Source: Paraspadella gotoi | Lineage: Eukaryota > Animalia > Chaetognatha | Assembly: GCA_051294375.1 (NCBI GenBank) | Contig: CM119264.1 | Span: 25,174,051-25,238,050 of the forward strand | Direction: 5' to 3' | Length of the DNA: 64,000 bases | Part shown: positions 38,354 through 53,129 of the stretch, in pieces | How the letters are laid out: each line of letters starts with the position of its first letter | How positions within the stretch are numbered: the first letter of the stretch is position 1 | Translations under genes and position numbers: made by a program | Notes under the pieces: generated by a model | Seen by the model: the letters and a program-made list of their open reading frames with translations, nothing else | What the model was told of the DNA's origin: nothing | Database searches by the model: none

Positions 38354-40297
38354 ATATATTTTATATTATATATTTTATTGTTTTTAAGTTATGTTTAGGA
38401 TCGTCTATTATATATCTAGACAGACATAAAGTAGATTTCAGCCGGAGCAGCAGGTACGCCATTTTATGGCATCTCAACAACACCGTTATTATCTTTACGA
38501 TCATCAGAAGAGCCCGCTGTATTTCCCAAAAAGCCTCTTTAATCGTCGGCCGGAGTAGTCTGCTACATCCGGGTCCTGGAGGCGATTCTTTGGCGACGAT
38601 CATTGAAATGAATTTTTGAGGAGGAAAAGAGAAGAATGAAGAAAAATGGAGAAATGTTGCATCATTAATGGAATCGGAAAGTAAGGAGAAGAGGGCGTGG
38701 CGATAGGGTGGTTGATAAAGACAAAGTGGTAGAAGTGAGGAGTGGAAATGAAAATTAGAAATTGCCTTTTTGGGTTAATGAACTTCATTTTTTAATGAAA
38801 TTTACTGAAGAGAATTCAAAAAAATTAATATTTGAAAATATCTGAGAATAGTGACACCATAAGAAGTAATTGAGTAATTCGGATGTGGGCATGAGGACGT
38901 AAACGACATGAATGAGAAAGCTATTAGTCTCGTTCGCATAAGTCGAATAATGGTGGGTGCCATGGTACAAGAAAATAGACAAGCAAAGAAGGTAATCATC
39001 TCCAGGGCGAGGTGAGGGTGGGTGAGGAATGAGGATGGGTAAGGGCGTGGTTGGATAATCGCCTCGTGGCGGATTCCCACCTGAGCGCGAGCCGAGAACC
39101 TTTGACAATTTTGGCGCCTCGATGTCTAAGTATATGATGGTTCTCTATGTGATGTCGTCGTGACGGAGTTAATGATGTCACCGAAAACATTAATAACGCG
39201 GTCATGAAGTTTAATACCAGTGAATTTAATCCTATATCATATCATATATTGAAAAAAATAGAGTCGAATTATTATGATATGTTAATGATATTTGATATTG
39301 GAAATAAGAAAGTAAAAAACAATTTTTTTTAGAAATAATTACGTCATTTTCGCTCATCACCAAAAGAAAAAAAATACCAGATAACATTAATTGTGTAATA
39401 TTTATTGAAATCAGTTAATAAACTTAGCTATAATGCGTTACGTCTACATTCGTCACTAAGTTTTTCTTCCATCAAAACAAAAATAAATTTCGTTTATGTA
39501 TCATAAAATCATTCCTTCTTTTTTTTCCCCTTCGAGTTCGTCGTTTGTTTTTTGTCTTCTTTTTTTAATTTTCGACTGGTGGCGCCATCTTTGCCAAATG
39601 GGGCGTCGCGGCGCGTCGCCCGCCATGATTATTGAACGACGATGATTCGATTTGCGGCGCGAAATGGCACCGGCGCGATGCCGGGTGGAAACACGGGGCC
39701 AGAGGTCGNNNNNNNNNNNNNNNNNNNNNNNNNNNNNNNNNNNNNNNNNNNNNNNNNNNNNNNNNNNNNNNNNNNNNNNNNNNNNNNNNNNNNNNNNNNN
39801 NNNNNNNNNNNNNNNNNNNNNNNNNNNNNNNNNNNNNNNNNNNNNNNNNNNNNNNNNNNNNNNNNNNNNNNNNNNNNNNNNNNNNNNNNNNNNNNNNNNN
39901 NNNNNNNNNNNNNNNNNNNNNNNNNNNNNNNNNNNNNNNNNNNNTTTGTTCACAGGTGGAAAAAGGTTGGGAATAAAAAATAAAACTATTGATTTATGTA
40001 TAATAATGTAAAATTATGGCGTAATCAACCCTAGTGGTTACAAGTAGGGTGGATGTTGTTTTTAGGAAGTTTGGAAACGACGACGGAAAACAGATGGAGG
40101 AAAAAGGAAAAACACGGAGGAAAGGAAAAGAGAAAACAAAAACAGAGGAAAAGAAAATAGTAGAATCGACGAAAAATAACTGGGTGGAGGCACCAGGCGG
40201 AAAAAAAGGAAAGAAAACGAAAAAGGAAACGGAAGTGAAAAATGTCCGTAGAGGAAGAAGACTGAAAAAAAAATTGAATGTTTTACTGCAAAAACTA

Positions 40298-40328
<31 letters not shown>

Positions 40329-40663
40329 NNNNNNNNNNNNNNNNNNNNNNNNNNNNNNNNNNNNNNNNNNNNNNNNNNNNNNNNNNNNNNNNNNNNNNNN
40401 NNNNNNNNNNNNNNNNNNNNNNNNNNNNNNNNNNNNNNNNNNNNNNNNNNNNNNNNNNNNNNNNNNNNNNNNNNNNNNNNNNNNNNNNNNNNNNNNNGAA
40501 AGAAAGAAAGATAGAAAGAAAGAAAGAAAGAAAGAAATAGAAAAGAAGTAAGAGGCGAGTTTTTGTTTCCGAGTCACGCGTCGACCGGAAACAGCGCCAT
40601 CGTTCTCAGGCTTTCAACCAAATCTAATTAGCGATATACAACGTTTTTTCACTTCTCTCTCTT

Positions 40664-40784
<121 letters not shown>

Positions 40785-42391
40785 GGATCGCTTTCTGGCA
40801 TAAACGCGAAACTAAAGCAAAGAGAGAGAGAGAGAAAGTAAGAGAGAGAGATAGAGACAGAGACAGTGGACGAGAGGATGAAATTCGAGCGGAAACCGAC
40901 GCCTGTTTTCTTTGCGATAAAATTCCCATGAAAGAAAAAACCCACAAAAGTAAAATAAAACTTCAAAAATAAATATTTTATGAAATAAAAAAAATAATCT
41001 TTTCTTACCAGAGAGAGATGATGACGATAGAAAATCGACGAAAGTTGGGTTTGATCTCAAGCGGAAGCCAGAGGTCGAAATCTGAAGCGGAATGATGTCG
41101 AATATGTATGAATAGTGATTAATCGGAGATGCAGTTGAACGATTACAGTCTTGAGGATTGAATTTTTTATGCTGGCATTAATTATACAGTCGAATTTAAG
41201 AATTGTCTTTCTGCATTTTTAAAACAATCTTGCTTGGAACAACAAATTCGGTACGCTTCTTATATTGATTTGTGCCCTCCTGGTGCTTTTTCTCACTGCG
41301 CTTCAATGGCTGTTTGGTGCAACGAAGGGCGGACGCAAGAATCCTTGCGCACTCTGGTGAACAGAATCTCTGAAGGAAGAGTCTCTTCGCGCATCCCGTC
41401 TTGATGTTGGTCAGTGAAAAGGAAGCTGGACATTTAAAAAGTTGACATCGATGATTATGAATCTAGGAAAAGTTAGAAAACATTTTAATTGAGATATCTA
41501 CTCAAAAACTTGTCGATTTTTATAAAAATCAGATGTTAGATTCACACTAATTTCCTTCAGTTGTTCCTTCCATTTTTTTCGGTATCCAACTGTATAGAAG
41601 TTAGAGGCAAAATAATGCTACTCAAGTGAAAATGGCGGAAAAAATCGCTTTAGTTTCCAAATTCTTGGTATTGATTATTTGTTTCTATTCAAATTGAGTT
41701 TTATTATTTTTTTCATTTTTTAAATTTGGTTATGCCGAATAGACAGCCCTCTCTTTGGTTCATACAGTGAATTGTAGCTCTGAGAAAGAGGTGAAAGAGC
41801 GCAACAATTCTCAGCAATGACTTGGAATCCCGTTCAATCCATGCAAATTTTTTACGGCGATACAACAATCAAAACATTTCCCTTCGTACCTCCAATCGCT
41901 TTACGAAGATGCCCAGACGAATGAGGCAGTGGTCGATGCGAGGGAGGGCATACCAAATTGAGAATGTTTTACCATGTTTTGTATATTTTTTATTGAATAA
42001 ATGAACTTTTTTAAAAAAATGTTTCTAACTTTTTTCCTAGTAGTAAGGTATAAATTGGTCTTAAAAATACAAAATATCCATTTATTAATAATAGGAAGTC
42101 TTACTCCAAACTTTGATTTGGTATGTAAGATGTCTCAAAAATGTAAAGTTTATTGATTTGATGATTATCTATTATTTCCAAAACGGATGGTCATCTCTCG
42201 ACAACCGCATTCTTGAATGGAAACAGGAAAATAGGGAATGAAATCAAATATGTCGATCAGGTCAGGAAATAGGCAGATTTGACCCGGAAGAAAAAAAAAG
42301 GAGGGCAAGCAAAACAACAAGACATGGGGTGAGGATTTGGGCAATTGGATGACGGCAGCAGAGAAGGGAGAGAGAGAGAGAAAGAGGAGAG

Positions 42392-42423
<32 letters not shown>

Positions 42424-45400
42424 CAGAGAGAGAGAGAGAGAGAGAGTAAGAGAGTAAGAATAACTATCTGTTATTTTAATTTAAACATAACCGAAAGCTC
42501 TTAAAGGATTACAATATGAACCAAGGATATTAAAAATATATGGGAATTAAGAACGATTATAGCTTTTTAATTGCAAAAGGGGAAAAAAATATCAAATTAT
42601 GCAATTTTTTTAGGCCAATTAGTAACAATTATTGGTTCCACACCATATTTCCAAAAGACACACTAACGTTCATACTTCCTAACAAAAATTATATATATTG
42701 TAAAGCAAATAGTAATAATAAAAGTGACGAGAAGGTGAAGAATTTTCCCGATGTAAGAAACACATGACAAAATTTTTAACCAATAAATAAAATCAGAAAT
42801 AATAGTTATTTTCAATCTAAAAAAAAAAATAAAGTTGTGAGACAAGTAATTTTTCAACATTCATACTAAATACTGCACGTACAAGTCAGCATATGGTGAC
42901 ATTATTAAACCAGCAACGAGTTCCGTGGTGGTGGCCACAAGAATCTAGAAATTTTCCGGTTTTCCTCTTTCCATGCATTTTAAGATGGCAGCTCGTGTTT
43001 TTCCTCATCCAAAAACTGAAATCCATTAACTTTTTAATTTTCTTCTTATTTTAAAAGGAAAAGAAAACCATACAACACAGCACAAAACAATCAGAGATTT
43101 TCTATATATAAAAACTTTTCAAAAGAATAACTTTTGTATGTCATTCTCGACACATATCAGAAAGTTAATCTGACAATAATTGTTGAGACGGCTCCCGGGC
43201 ATGTAGAACGGGTCAGGACGCGTCAAAGCTCTTTTTTTAAATGAAGCGAGAATGTTGTCTCCAACCTGTGATTTTTTCTTTATCGGCCCTGCGTTTTCAG
43301 AGGCCAGTCAATTTCTTGAAGAGCGCCGTCAAGTCATTGCCAAGTTCTAGCAAAGAATCATGACAAGAAGGATCAGCATTTACTCTATAGTATTTGAAGC
43401 TAAATATTAGCCGTCCCATTATTTTCACGTAATAACACAAGAGTAAAGTATGGAGATACTCTCAGCACAAACAGGTGGCAGGGAGACCAAGAAAGGAGAT
43501 TGAGGACAAGATGAAGCAAGTTGAACCAGAGCAAGTTCTCGAGCTGTTCAAGTCGTGTAAACAGACCATCAGCTAATACGGCGTGGAAGGTCGCTTACGC
43601 CAATTTCACTAGAAAATGCGTGACTTTTTTTGGTTCAACTTGTTTTGTCTGTATTTAGTTAACGTTATTAGTATAAATTATATTTTGTATTTATTTTTAT
43701 ATAAAATTCTTATAAAACTTTTAACACTCAATCTTTTGCTCAATAATTATGTGTCAGATGTTAGTCTTGTCTCCTATTTCTTAGATCAGTCAATCGTTAA
43801 TTATCATATTTTATATTATACTTTTGATTGTTTTTAAGTTTAAGTTTAGGATCGTCTATTATATTTCTAGACAGACATAAAGTAGATTTAGCAGAAGAGC
43901 AGGTAGGCTCAATTTTTATGGCATCCTCAACAAACCGTTATTATCTTAAAACGAATTCAAATCAGAAGAGCCGCTGTATTTACCAAAAGCCTCTTTAATC
44001 GTCGGCCGGGTAGTCTGCTACATCCGGGTCCTGGAGGCGATTCCTTGGCGACGATCATTGAATAATTTTTTGAGAGGAAAAGAGAAAGAATGAAGAAAAT
44101 GGAGATGTTGATCATTAATGGATCGAAAGTAGGGAAGAGGGCGTGGCGATAGGTGGTTGATAAGACAAAGTGGTTAGACAGTGAGGAGTGGAATGAAAAT
44201 TAGAAAATTGCCTTTTGGGTTAATGAACTTCAATTTTTAATGAAATTTACTGAAGAGAATTCAAAAAAATTAATATTTGAAAATTCTGAGAATAAGTTGA
44301 CACCATAGAAGTAATTGAGTATTCGGATGTGGGAATGAGAGTAACGACATGAATGAGAAGCTATTAGTCTCGGTTCGCATAAGTCGAATAATGTGGGTGG
44401 CCATGGTAAGACAATATGACAAGCAAAGAAGGTAATATTCCAGGGCGAGGTGAGGGTGGGTGAGGAATTGAGGATGGGTAAGGGCGTGGTTGGATAATTC
44501 GCCTCGTGGCGGGATTCCCCCTGAGCGCGACGCGAGAACCTTTGACATTTTTGGCGCCTTCGATGTCTGTATATGATGGTTTCTATGTGATGTCGTCGTG
44601 ACGGAGTTAATGATGTCACCGAAACATTAATAACGCGGGTATGAGTTTAACTACCAGGATAATCCTATACATATCATATATTGAAAAAAATAGAGTCGAA
44701 TTATTATGATATGTTATGATTTTGATAATTGGGAAATAGAAAGTAAAAAACAATTTTTTTTATGAATATTATCGTCATCTTTCCGTCATCACCAAAAGAA
44801 ACAAGATACAGATAACTTAATTGTGTAATATTTATTGAAATCAGTTAATAAACTTAGCTATAATGCGTTACGTCTACATTCGTCACTAAGTTTTTTTTCT
44901 TCCATCAACACAAAATAAAATTTGTTTATGTATAAAAATCATTCCTTTTTTTTTCCCCTTCGAGTTCGTCGTCTTGTTTTTTGTCTTCTTTTTTTAAATT
45001 TCGACTGGTGGGCATCCTGCCAATGGGCGTCGCGGCCGTCGCCCGCCATGATATTGAACGACGATATTCGATTTGCGGCCGAAATGACGCGCGATGCCGG
45101 TTGGAAACACGGGGCCAGAGGTCGGTGGGGGGGAGTGGGGGGGTTTTGAATGAAAAGAGATGGTTGGAATGAGGAAAGTGAATTGAGAGGGCTGGGGAGA
45201 AGGGAAAATCTGATTGAAGTTACGAGCTTGGACAATGGACAGAACAAAAAAAACAACAAAATCCAAAATAGAAGGAAAAGGAATTTTGTTCACAGGTGGA
45301 TTAAAGGTTGGGATAAAATAAAAACTATTGATTTATGTATAATAATGTAAAATATGGCGTATCCAACCCTAGTGTTACAAGTAGGGTGGATGTTGTTTTT

Positions 45401-45698
45401 AGGAAGTCTTGGAAACGACGACGGAAAACAGATGGAGAAAAAGGAAAAAACGGAGAAGGAAAAGAGAAACAAAAACAGAGGAAAAGAAAATATAGAATAG
45501 ACGAAAAATAACTGGTGGAGGCCAGGCGAAAAAAAGGAAAGAAAACGAAAAAGATACGGAAGTGAAAAATGTCCGTAGAGGAAGAAGACTGAAAAAATTG
45601 AATGTTTTACTGCAAAAACTAAAGAAGAAGAAAGAAAGAAAGAAAGAAGAAAGAAAGAAAGAAAGAAAGAGAAAGAAAGATGAAGAAAGAAGAAAGAA

Positions 45699-45731
<33 letters not shown>

Positions 45732-46767
45732 AGATAGAAAGAAAGAAGAAAGAAAGAAATAGAAAAGAAGTAGAGGGAGTTGTTCCGAGTCACGCGTCGA
45801 CCGGAACAGCGCCAATCGTTCCAGGCTTTCACAAATATAATTAGCGGATATACAACGTTTTTTTCACTTTTCTCTCTCTTTGTCCTCTTCTCTTCCTTTC
45901 GTCTTCTCTCTCTCTCTGCTCTCTCTCTCTCTCTCCTCTTTTGAGTGCGCTTCTGGCATAAACGGAAACTAAAGCAAAGAGAGAGAGAGGAAGTTAAGAG
46001 AGAGAGATAGAGAAGAGACAGTGGACCGAGAGGATGAAATCCGAGCGGAAACCGACGCTTTTCTTTGCGATAAAATTCCCCATGAAAAGAAAAACCACAA
46101 AAGTAAAATAAAACTCAAAAATAAAATATTTATGAACATAAAAAAAATCTTTTCTTACCCTCTAATTCAGAAATTTCCTTATCGTTTGCCTCTCTGTTTT
46201 TCTTGTTTTTATTGCTTCAGGCCGGAAATTTTCTCGCTGATTAAGTACAACTTACAATAAAAATATTAAATAATTAATTTATTTGATTCATTCATTAGCG
46301 ATCGATTGAATTCATGGATCACTCGATCACTTATTATTGTCACATTTACAAATTGCGTATAATCGCCTCGATTTCCTTCCCCCGTCCCCGCTCCATCATT
46401 TCCTACTCCGTCACCTTTCACAATCATTTCTCTTCCTCTCCGACCCATCCAGCTCGATGGCCGATCCCTTTAAGCTCTAGCTCTCTTATCGTTTTCAATC
46501 ATTTTGAAGCTTCTGGGAATTTTCCTCATTCGATCTTCAATCCTAATCATCAACTTCGTCGTCGTCATCGGAAGGCGTCGTCCTTGTACTCGGTGGTTTT
46601 TTTTTTTCTCTACTTCGCTCGGCACCGAAGGGCAGAGACTAACACTTGAGTAGAACTCAAGTCATTGCTTGGTGGTGGTGGTTGATTGCTAGGTTGAATG
46701 ATTGTTGACTAATAACTTCATTTTAATAATGAACACAATACGCATTCGAATTTTCTTTTTATAAAGA

Positions 46768-49700
46768 TGTAGCCACCTCAAGCAGCTTGATAATTTCAAG
46801 ACTTTTTGTTTCCAAATGATTTCAATGTTCACGCTGAAAGAGGCTCACTGATGGAGTTTGTTATTGATTGTCTACTTTTCTGATTGTTTTCTGAAGCTGG
46901 TTAAGACGATTTTGTCTGGCATGAATAAAACTCTGTCTCAAATATTAATTCACCACGTTTTTATATCAATCCATCTCTTATGTAAAAGTGTACATTGAGC
47001 AAGAGAGAAAAACTCTTGTCTTAAACAATGATTGAATCAAACCAATCAGTAATAATACAATCAATTCTACAATCAACGATATACTTTCGCTGCACTGAAC
47101 TACATCTATGATGAATCTATAATGCAAGACATCTTAGGACTATATGTAGGTCAGTTGTCACAGCTCTTCTTGACACGCGTGTCATCACCTGGAGACTTGC
47201 CACTGGTAAGGCAGAACGACCGGAACATTAAGCCAACTTCAAACCTTCGAAAAGGGGCGTCAAAGAAAGGAACCACTTCGAGGTAGCTCGGTGAGAAATT
47301 GAAATTTAAGGGTGACCTCCACCGTTCACTCACACTTTTCAATTGCCAACCTCCCCACATTCATTCACCGACTACCGTCGAGAGGGAAGGCGCGATGAGC
47401 GGTCCCGTCCAACGCTATCCCTCCGCTGCCGCCCAACCGACGCCAACGAACATACGAGGACCCAGCCAGTACTCCAAGTTCCCTCGGTTTACGGGCGTGG
47501 ACGACGTTCGATGGTCAACCTCACCAGCCACGCCGAGCCGCTCGATTTCAAACTTAGGCGCCGATCAACACGCGAGCTTCGAGGAACGCCGCATGGCGAC
47601 CGCGGAGCCAGCGAGAGGGACTAACGCAGGAGAGACCATGAGGAACTTCGCCTGCTTGGCTGCGCGACTCGTGCTTAGAAAGAGCGTCGATCGGAAGCCG
47701 GACATACCGGATTTTCGCCACGACCACATCGAGATTTGGATGGAGAGTCGAGGCGGCCTATAGCGCGCCGCGATACCGTCTAAAACCAAAATTCGCTCAT
47801 CAGTCGAAGATCGGCGAAAAGTAGATCCACCATCAACTCAGTTCTTATTTGGGGACGACGGAAACGACATGAAATCAGTTCTCCCAATATCTGAGAAAAG
47901 AGTACGGCCCTTACTCGACGCCAACGGCCCCGCCATTGATTCCCTGACAATCTCGACGTCGACGGAGTCAAACGGTCAAAAAATATTGGCGCAACTAAGG
48001 AAAAACGAAGACTCTCCATCGACGACGTCGAAGGAAAAGTCCCTTCGAGACATGCAATCGACAGTTCGCGACACTGGAAGACAAGGCGAGCGAACTCTCT
48101 GCGCACGACCTTTGTCAACTCGCCCGATAGAAATTTCGATAACGAGGGGAACCCTCAAAATTCGCCAAACCGACCTCCCTGATCAGTAAACGTCGAGCGC
48201 GTCTTCAAGAGCGTCAACGATAGCATCGGACGAGATAGCGCCATTACCGGCTCGGTTCTTCAAAGAAAAACGCAAAAGGGAAAAAAGACCGACCGCCGAC
48301 CGGCGAAAGGAAAGGGAGAAGAGCTGCTTACCCTTATGTGCAAGCATGTCCGTTCGGAGACGATGCCTGGTATGCGAGCAGGCTGCGCCAATTACGGACG
48401 CGACGCGTGAGCCAAAAGGGAAACGAAAAAGGGGCGCCGGCGGTGAACGCCGTCCCACAGAACAATCGCGCTCACCAAGCATCAAGTGACTCTTACACAT
48501 TTCGCGACTCGGAGCAGAGTCAAGTGCTGGTGGGCGGTGGCGCTTTTTGTCCTATAATTCCCTACCTCGAGAGCAGCCGTCAAGTGCCCAAATCCGGAAA
48601 TGAAGCTCCAGGCGCAAACGGCTCGCGATCAGTTGCTATGGTACGATCAATAAAACGTACTCTTGGAAACGCCCGATTTGAATACGAGTTTGTCGTGGCC
48701 GACGTCAAACCAGCATATACAGGCGCCGATTTCCTTGCAAGAGAAACTACTAGCTCCAAATCATCGGGACGGTTTGCTCATGATCTCCAAGATTCTCGAC
48801 CATAGCGCATCAACTTCAAGGAGCCACGACTCACGTAAATTTAATCGAACGTACAGGCGGAAATTATAAGCTGCTGGAGTCTTCTCACTTCTCAAGACGC
48901 ACCTTCGACTCAAGGAGCCGAAGCACGGCGTCACCCACTCATTCCACGGAGGGTCGACCATGTCAGTCTAAGCTCGTCGACTCGTCGGAGAAGTTGCGGT
49001 GGCCAAGCGAGAGTTTAAAAAGATGGTGCAACTCGCATCGCAAACGAAAATCCGAGTGTCATCCGCCGCTGCACGTTGTGCAAAGCATGACGGCGGCCTG
49101 CGCTCTTGCGGTGATTACCGCGGCCTCAACACTACTAATAGCGAGCTGCTACGTGAATACTACTGACCGCTTCAACCCCATAGAGGGAAACAATTTTTTT
49201 CGAAAATTGCTTATTAAAAGGTTACACAATCCGTCAATCGGAGGATGTTGAAAAAAGACCGCTGTGAATTAACCCTTCGGTCTCTAGTTTTCCCCGTGTC
49301 CCATAATCGGGCTTAAAGCGGGGCGACTTCAAGGCTCATGGACGAGATCTCGGGGATATACCCGCACACCTCGAATATCCTCGACGATATTTTTGGTGGC
49401 TTTCAGCATCACCAGAGGAGCATCTACAGGATTCCGAAACGAGTCTTTAAGAAACTCTCGAGCAAACGCTAGTTGGTAAATACAAAGAGTGTATACTCGG
49501 TTCGGAGCATTGGAGTTTCTACGGATTCTCGTCGACAAAGAGGAGTGGGGTCCATTCCCGAGCGAGTCCCGACCCTGCGTGAAACCACGATGACCCGACA
49601 ATCAAGGAACTCAAAGGTCCTATGATAAACTATATCGTGTTCGTTCCAAAGTCGCTCATCATGTGCTGCCTCTACGAAGCTTTAAGCGGAAAAACAAAGC

Positions 49701-52627
49701 TTGAATGCCACGATGTGAAAGGCTTTTCGAACTCGATCAAGCAGGCTTGATACAAGCAGCTCTCCTCATCAACCCAAGAACTGGCCTTAGCTATGCATAC
49801 GACTGATGCATCAGAACATGCGGCGGCGCCAGTGGGAGCAGCGGGACCAGGGTTGGGAGCCTTGGCTTTTTTTCGGCAAATTGGCTAAAACCAAAAACTT
49901 GGCCCACATTGACGCGAACTGTTTGGCGTTTTCCGTGCAGGAGACCTTCCGCTGGATAGAGGGCGTATTTCAACCATCTACACGGACCATCAAAGACCTC
50001 ATCCGGCCTTGAAGAAAAAGCAGAACACAAACGGCCCGCCAAGCCTACGCATTCATTATTGCCGAAGTTTTCACAGATATAAGAATCTCAAGGAGCGAAC
50101 GTCGCTAGCGGACGCCTTGTCTCGCCCCAACCATGCACAGCAGCGAGATCGCACAGACCTTGACGCCTAATCAAACAACGACGACAATCAATGCGATCCC
50201 ACAGCCGCAGTCTCGCCACTTTGCCAGAAAAGCGGCAAACGTCCAATGAAACCTCGTCGCACAACAGAACTTCCACAGCAACGCTTCCGATCCAACTCAG
50301 CAACCTCGACACACCCGCGCCAAGCCAATGAGACTTGCAAAAAAGCGCGAACGATCAAGCAGATCGTCTCGAGGATGTCAAGCGGTCATTGCTTCACTAC
50401 CGTCTTGAGATTGATTTCTGAGCAGATGCTCGAGAGCAGAGCTTGCTCGGACTTCAAAAAATCGAGGAGGCGCGATTCAGGCTAACTTCCGGAGAATTCA
50501 AGTCGGCGAAGAGCATCTACTTGATAGACGTGTAAAGCCCAGCGCCATTCGTACCTGCAGCATGGCGAAAAAGAATTTTCGACGTCATAACATAAAAAAA
50601 AACCACAGCTAGGCCTGGCGTCGAGGCAACCTCGAAGGCGTGGCCTCAAAATCGTATGGAGACATGAGGCGAAGAGGTACAGTGGGCCGGAGATGTACTG
50701 CTGTCAAAGAGCAAGTCACTCAGCAACGGTCGTTCCGAAATTGGCGAATTTAAGATTCCCAAGGAGGTTTCAGCATGTAAACTTGGATCTCGTAGATGCA
50801 AACTCAAACGAGTATAAACACCTCCCACCGATTGTCGAAGTTTTCCGATGGCTCAGCGATCCCGTTAAAAGATACTTAACAACCGATTCTTGATGCACAG
50901 TCAAACTGGATAAGCAATTTCGGAACTCCGCAGTCATCAAACCGACCGGGGACACAGTTCAATTGGTCCTATGGCGACACTCACCCGAGCAATGGGCATT
51001 AAGCACAATGACTAACCGCTCACCCAGGCATGGCTGGTAGAAAAGATTTCACGGCGCTTTAAGCGAATCTCTAATCGATTGGCGAGGGAAGAGAAAAGAA
51101 AATGGTTTCTGGAAATCCTCGACATCTCCTTGCATCCGAACGACAGTGAAAGAGGACATCGGGCCTCATCCGCCGACATGGTCCTTTGGAGAAGGAATAA
51201 GTGTCCCGGTAATATACTCGAGCGACAACCAAATCGACGACCAAAACTCCAGCGCCACGCCAGAAACAATATCATCATTACGAGTGGAAGTCGCTCGTTC
51301 TCAACCTCTGCCACTTCCACACATATCACGACAGTGCATCTCCAGCCGAATCTCGAATCAGCAAATTTTTTTGTACGAGTTTTAGGTGTGCGCCGTGCGC
51401 AACCTCGTAGAGGCCATATCGCTGATCTGGAAACGGTCTAAAATGAGATTGAATCCCTAGCACAGCAGAGAAACTGTCAATCTCTCGTGTCAACCAGCTT
51501 GGATCGAGAGGAGGAATCTCGAGGCGAGGAACCGAGACACCCGCCAAGGCGTCCACAGGCCGCACAGGACCGGCGAGAGCGAGCACCAGCTCCACAACGA
51601 GATGACGAGATCGGCGACTCGACGCGCGCGCTTATCTCCTCTTCTCCTCCTCTCGTTCCTCCTCCTCCTTCCTCTCCCCTCCCAACAACCCCACTTCCCC
51701 CAACCCACCCACCCGCTCATGTTTTTTCCTCCTTTTCTTCTCCACCGTTTCATCCGTCAACTCTCTAATCCACCGGACTAAACAACAACAATCTCGCGAG
51801 GAAAAATGAGCAACGTGGAGATTTTAGGAGCCTTCAGCGGAGAACTCCCAACAGCAAAAACAACAATAACCGCCACATACTCTGTTGTATAAAAGAAATG
51901 CTCAGCGTCAACAAGACGAGAACAACAAGACAACTAACAAAAAAACATACAAGTCTAATCGTTATTATTCTTGTTAATCATTCTTTCGTTTTCTTTAAAC
52001 ATTATAATTCCTTAGAAATATTTTTGAATTTTTAAATCAATCTTTATCAATGTTGTCTATTTTATAACACATAGCATATTAGCTTGATCTGTTTCTACTC
52101 ACATCCATTCGGTGACAACAACAACTTTATCGAATTATGTTATTTTCGATATATATTTAAATATATATATATTTATAATATATTAACCCAATATTCGACG
52201 GGGGGCATGTAGCCACCTCAAGCAGCTTGATAATTTCAGACTTTGTTTCCAAATGATCTTCAATGGTACCTGAAGAGGTCTCACAGATTGGATTTTTGTT
52301 TATTGATGTCTACTTTACCTGATTGTTTCTGAAGCTGTTCAGACTGTTTTGTCTGGCATGAATAAACTTGTCTCACTCTTATTCAGCACGTTTTTTATTC
52401 TAACATCATCTCTTAATGTAAAGTGTACATTGAGCAAAGAGGAAAACTTTGTCTTAAACATGATTGATCACCATCAGTAAATAATTACAAATCAATTCTA
52501 CAATCAACGATTACTTTCCCTGCACTGAACTAATCTCTGATGAATCTATAATGCAGACATATTGGACTATCGTGCAGTTGTCACGCTCCTCTGGATACGG
52601 TCCGTGTCATCACCGGACCCTTGCACA
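46768..52627 (+). mobile_element. Ty3/Gypsy LTR retrotransposon, heavily frameshifted
   Basis: Direct repeats 46768-47202 and 52208-about 52627 starting TGTAGCC; the first ends in CA and is followed by a TGG PBS-like site; a G-rich PPT precedes the 3' LTR. Internal remnants run PR (GADFL), RT (ILDDIF), RNase H (DAS...), integrase (HVNLDLV), which is the Gypsy domain order. TSD not resolved. Confidence 0.85.
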
Positions 52628-53129
52628 GAAATACTAATAAATTATCGAACGAGTAAATAAAAATACGAAAGTAGGAGTGGAAACGAAATTAAAGTTCATA
52701 TTAATTGATTACAACCAATATAAATTATGCATGTTATTTCATAAATTAGCTATCTTGCCCCTGGATTTTGGCAGGATAAGGTCGGACGGAACCGACAAGN
52801 NNNNNNNNNNNNNNNNNNNNNNNNATAAGTCGGAACCAAAGTTAGACGATGTTTTTTTTAATATAGTCTCAATATTCAGAAATAGAAACCATAGAAATTT
52901 TTGTTTAATATTTTTTTTTTTCATTTTATAACCATTTCGCAATGAATAATTCCACAGCTAATCACGTGACCAATAAAGGCCTTTGGCTTTGTCCATTAGA
53001 CCAATTAAGTTTCATCAGTCTCGCAACACGCCATTTCTCCGATAAAGCCGGCCTGGCGGCGATAAAGGAACCTCAAGAACAACAACAACAACCAGAGGAA
53101 TCACAGTTTCACCATCACAAGAGACTCAC

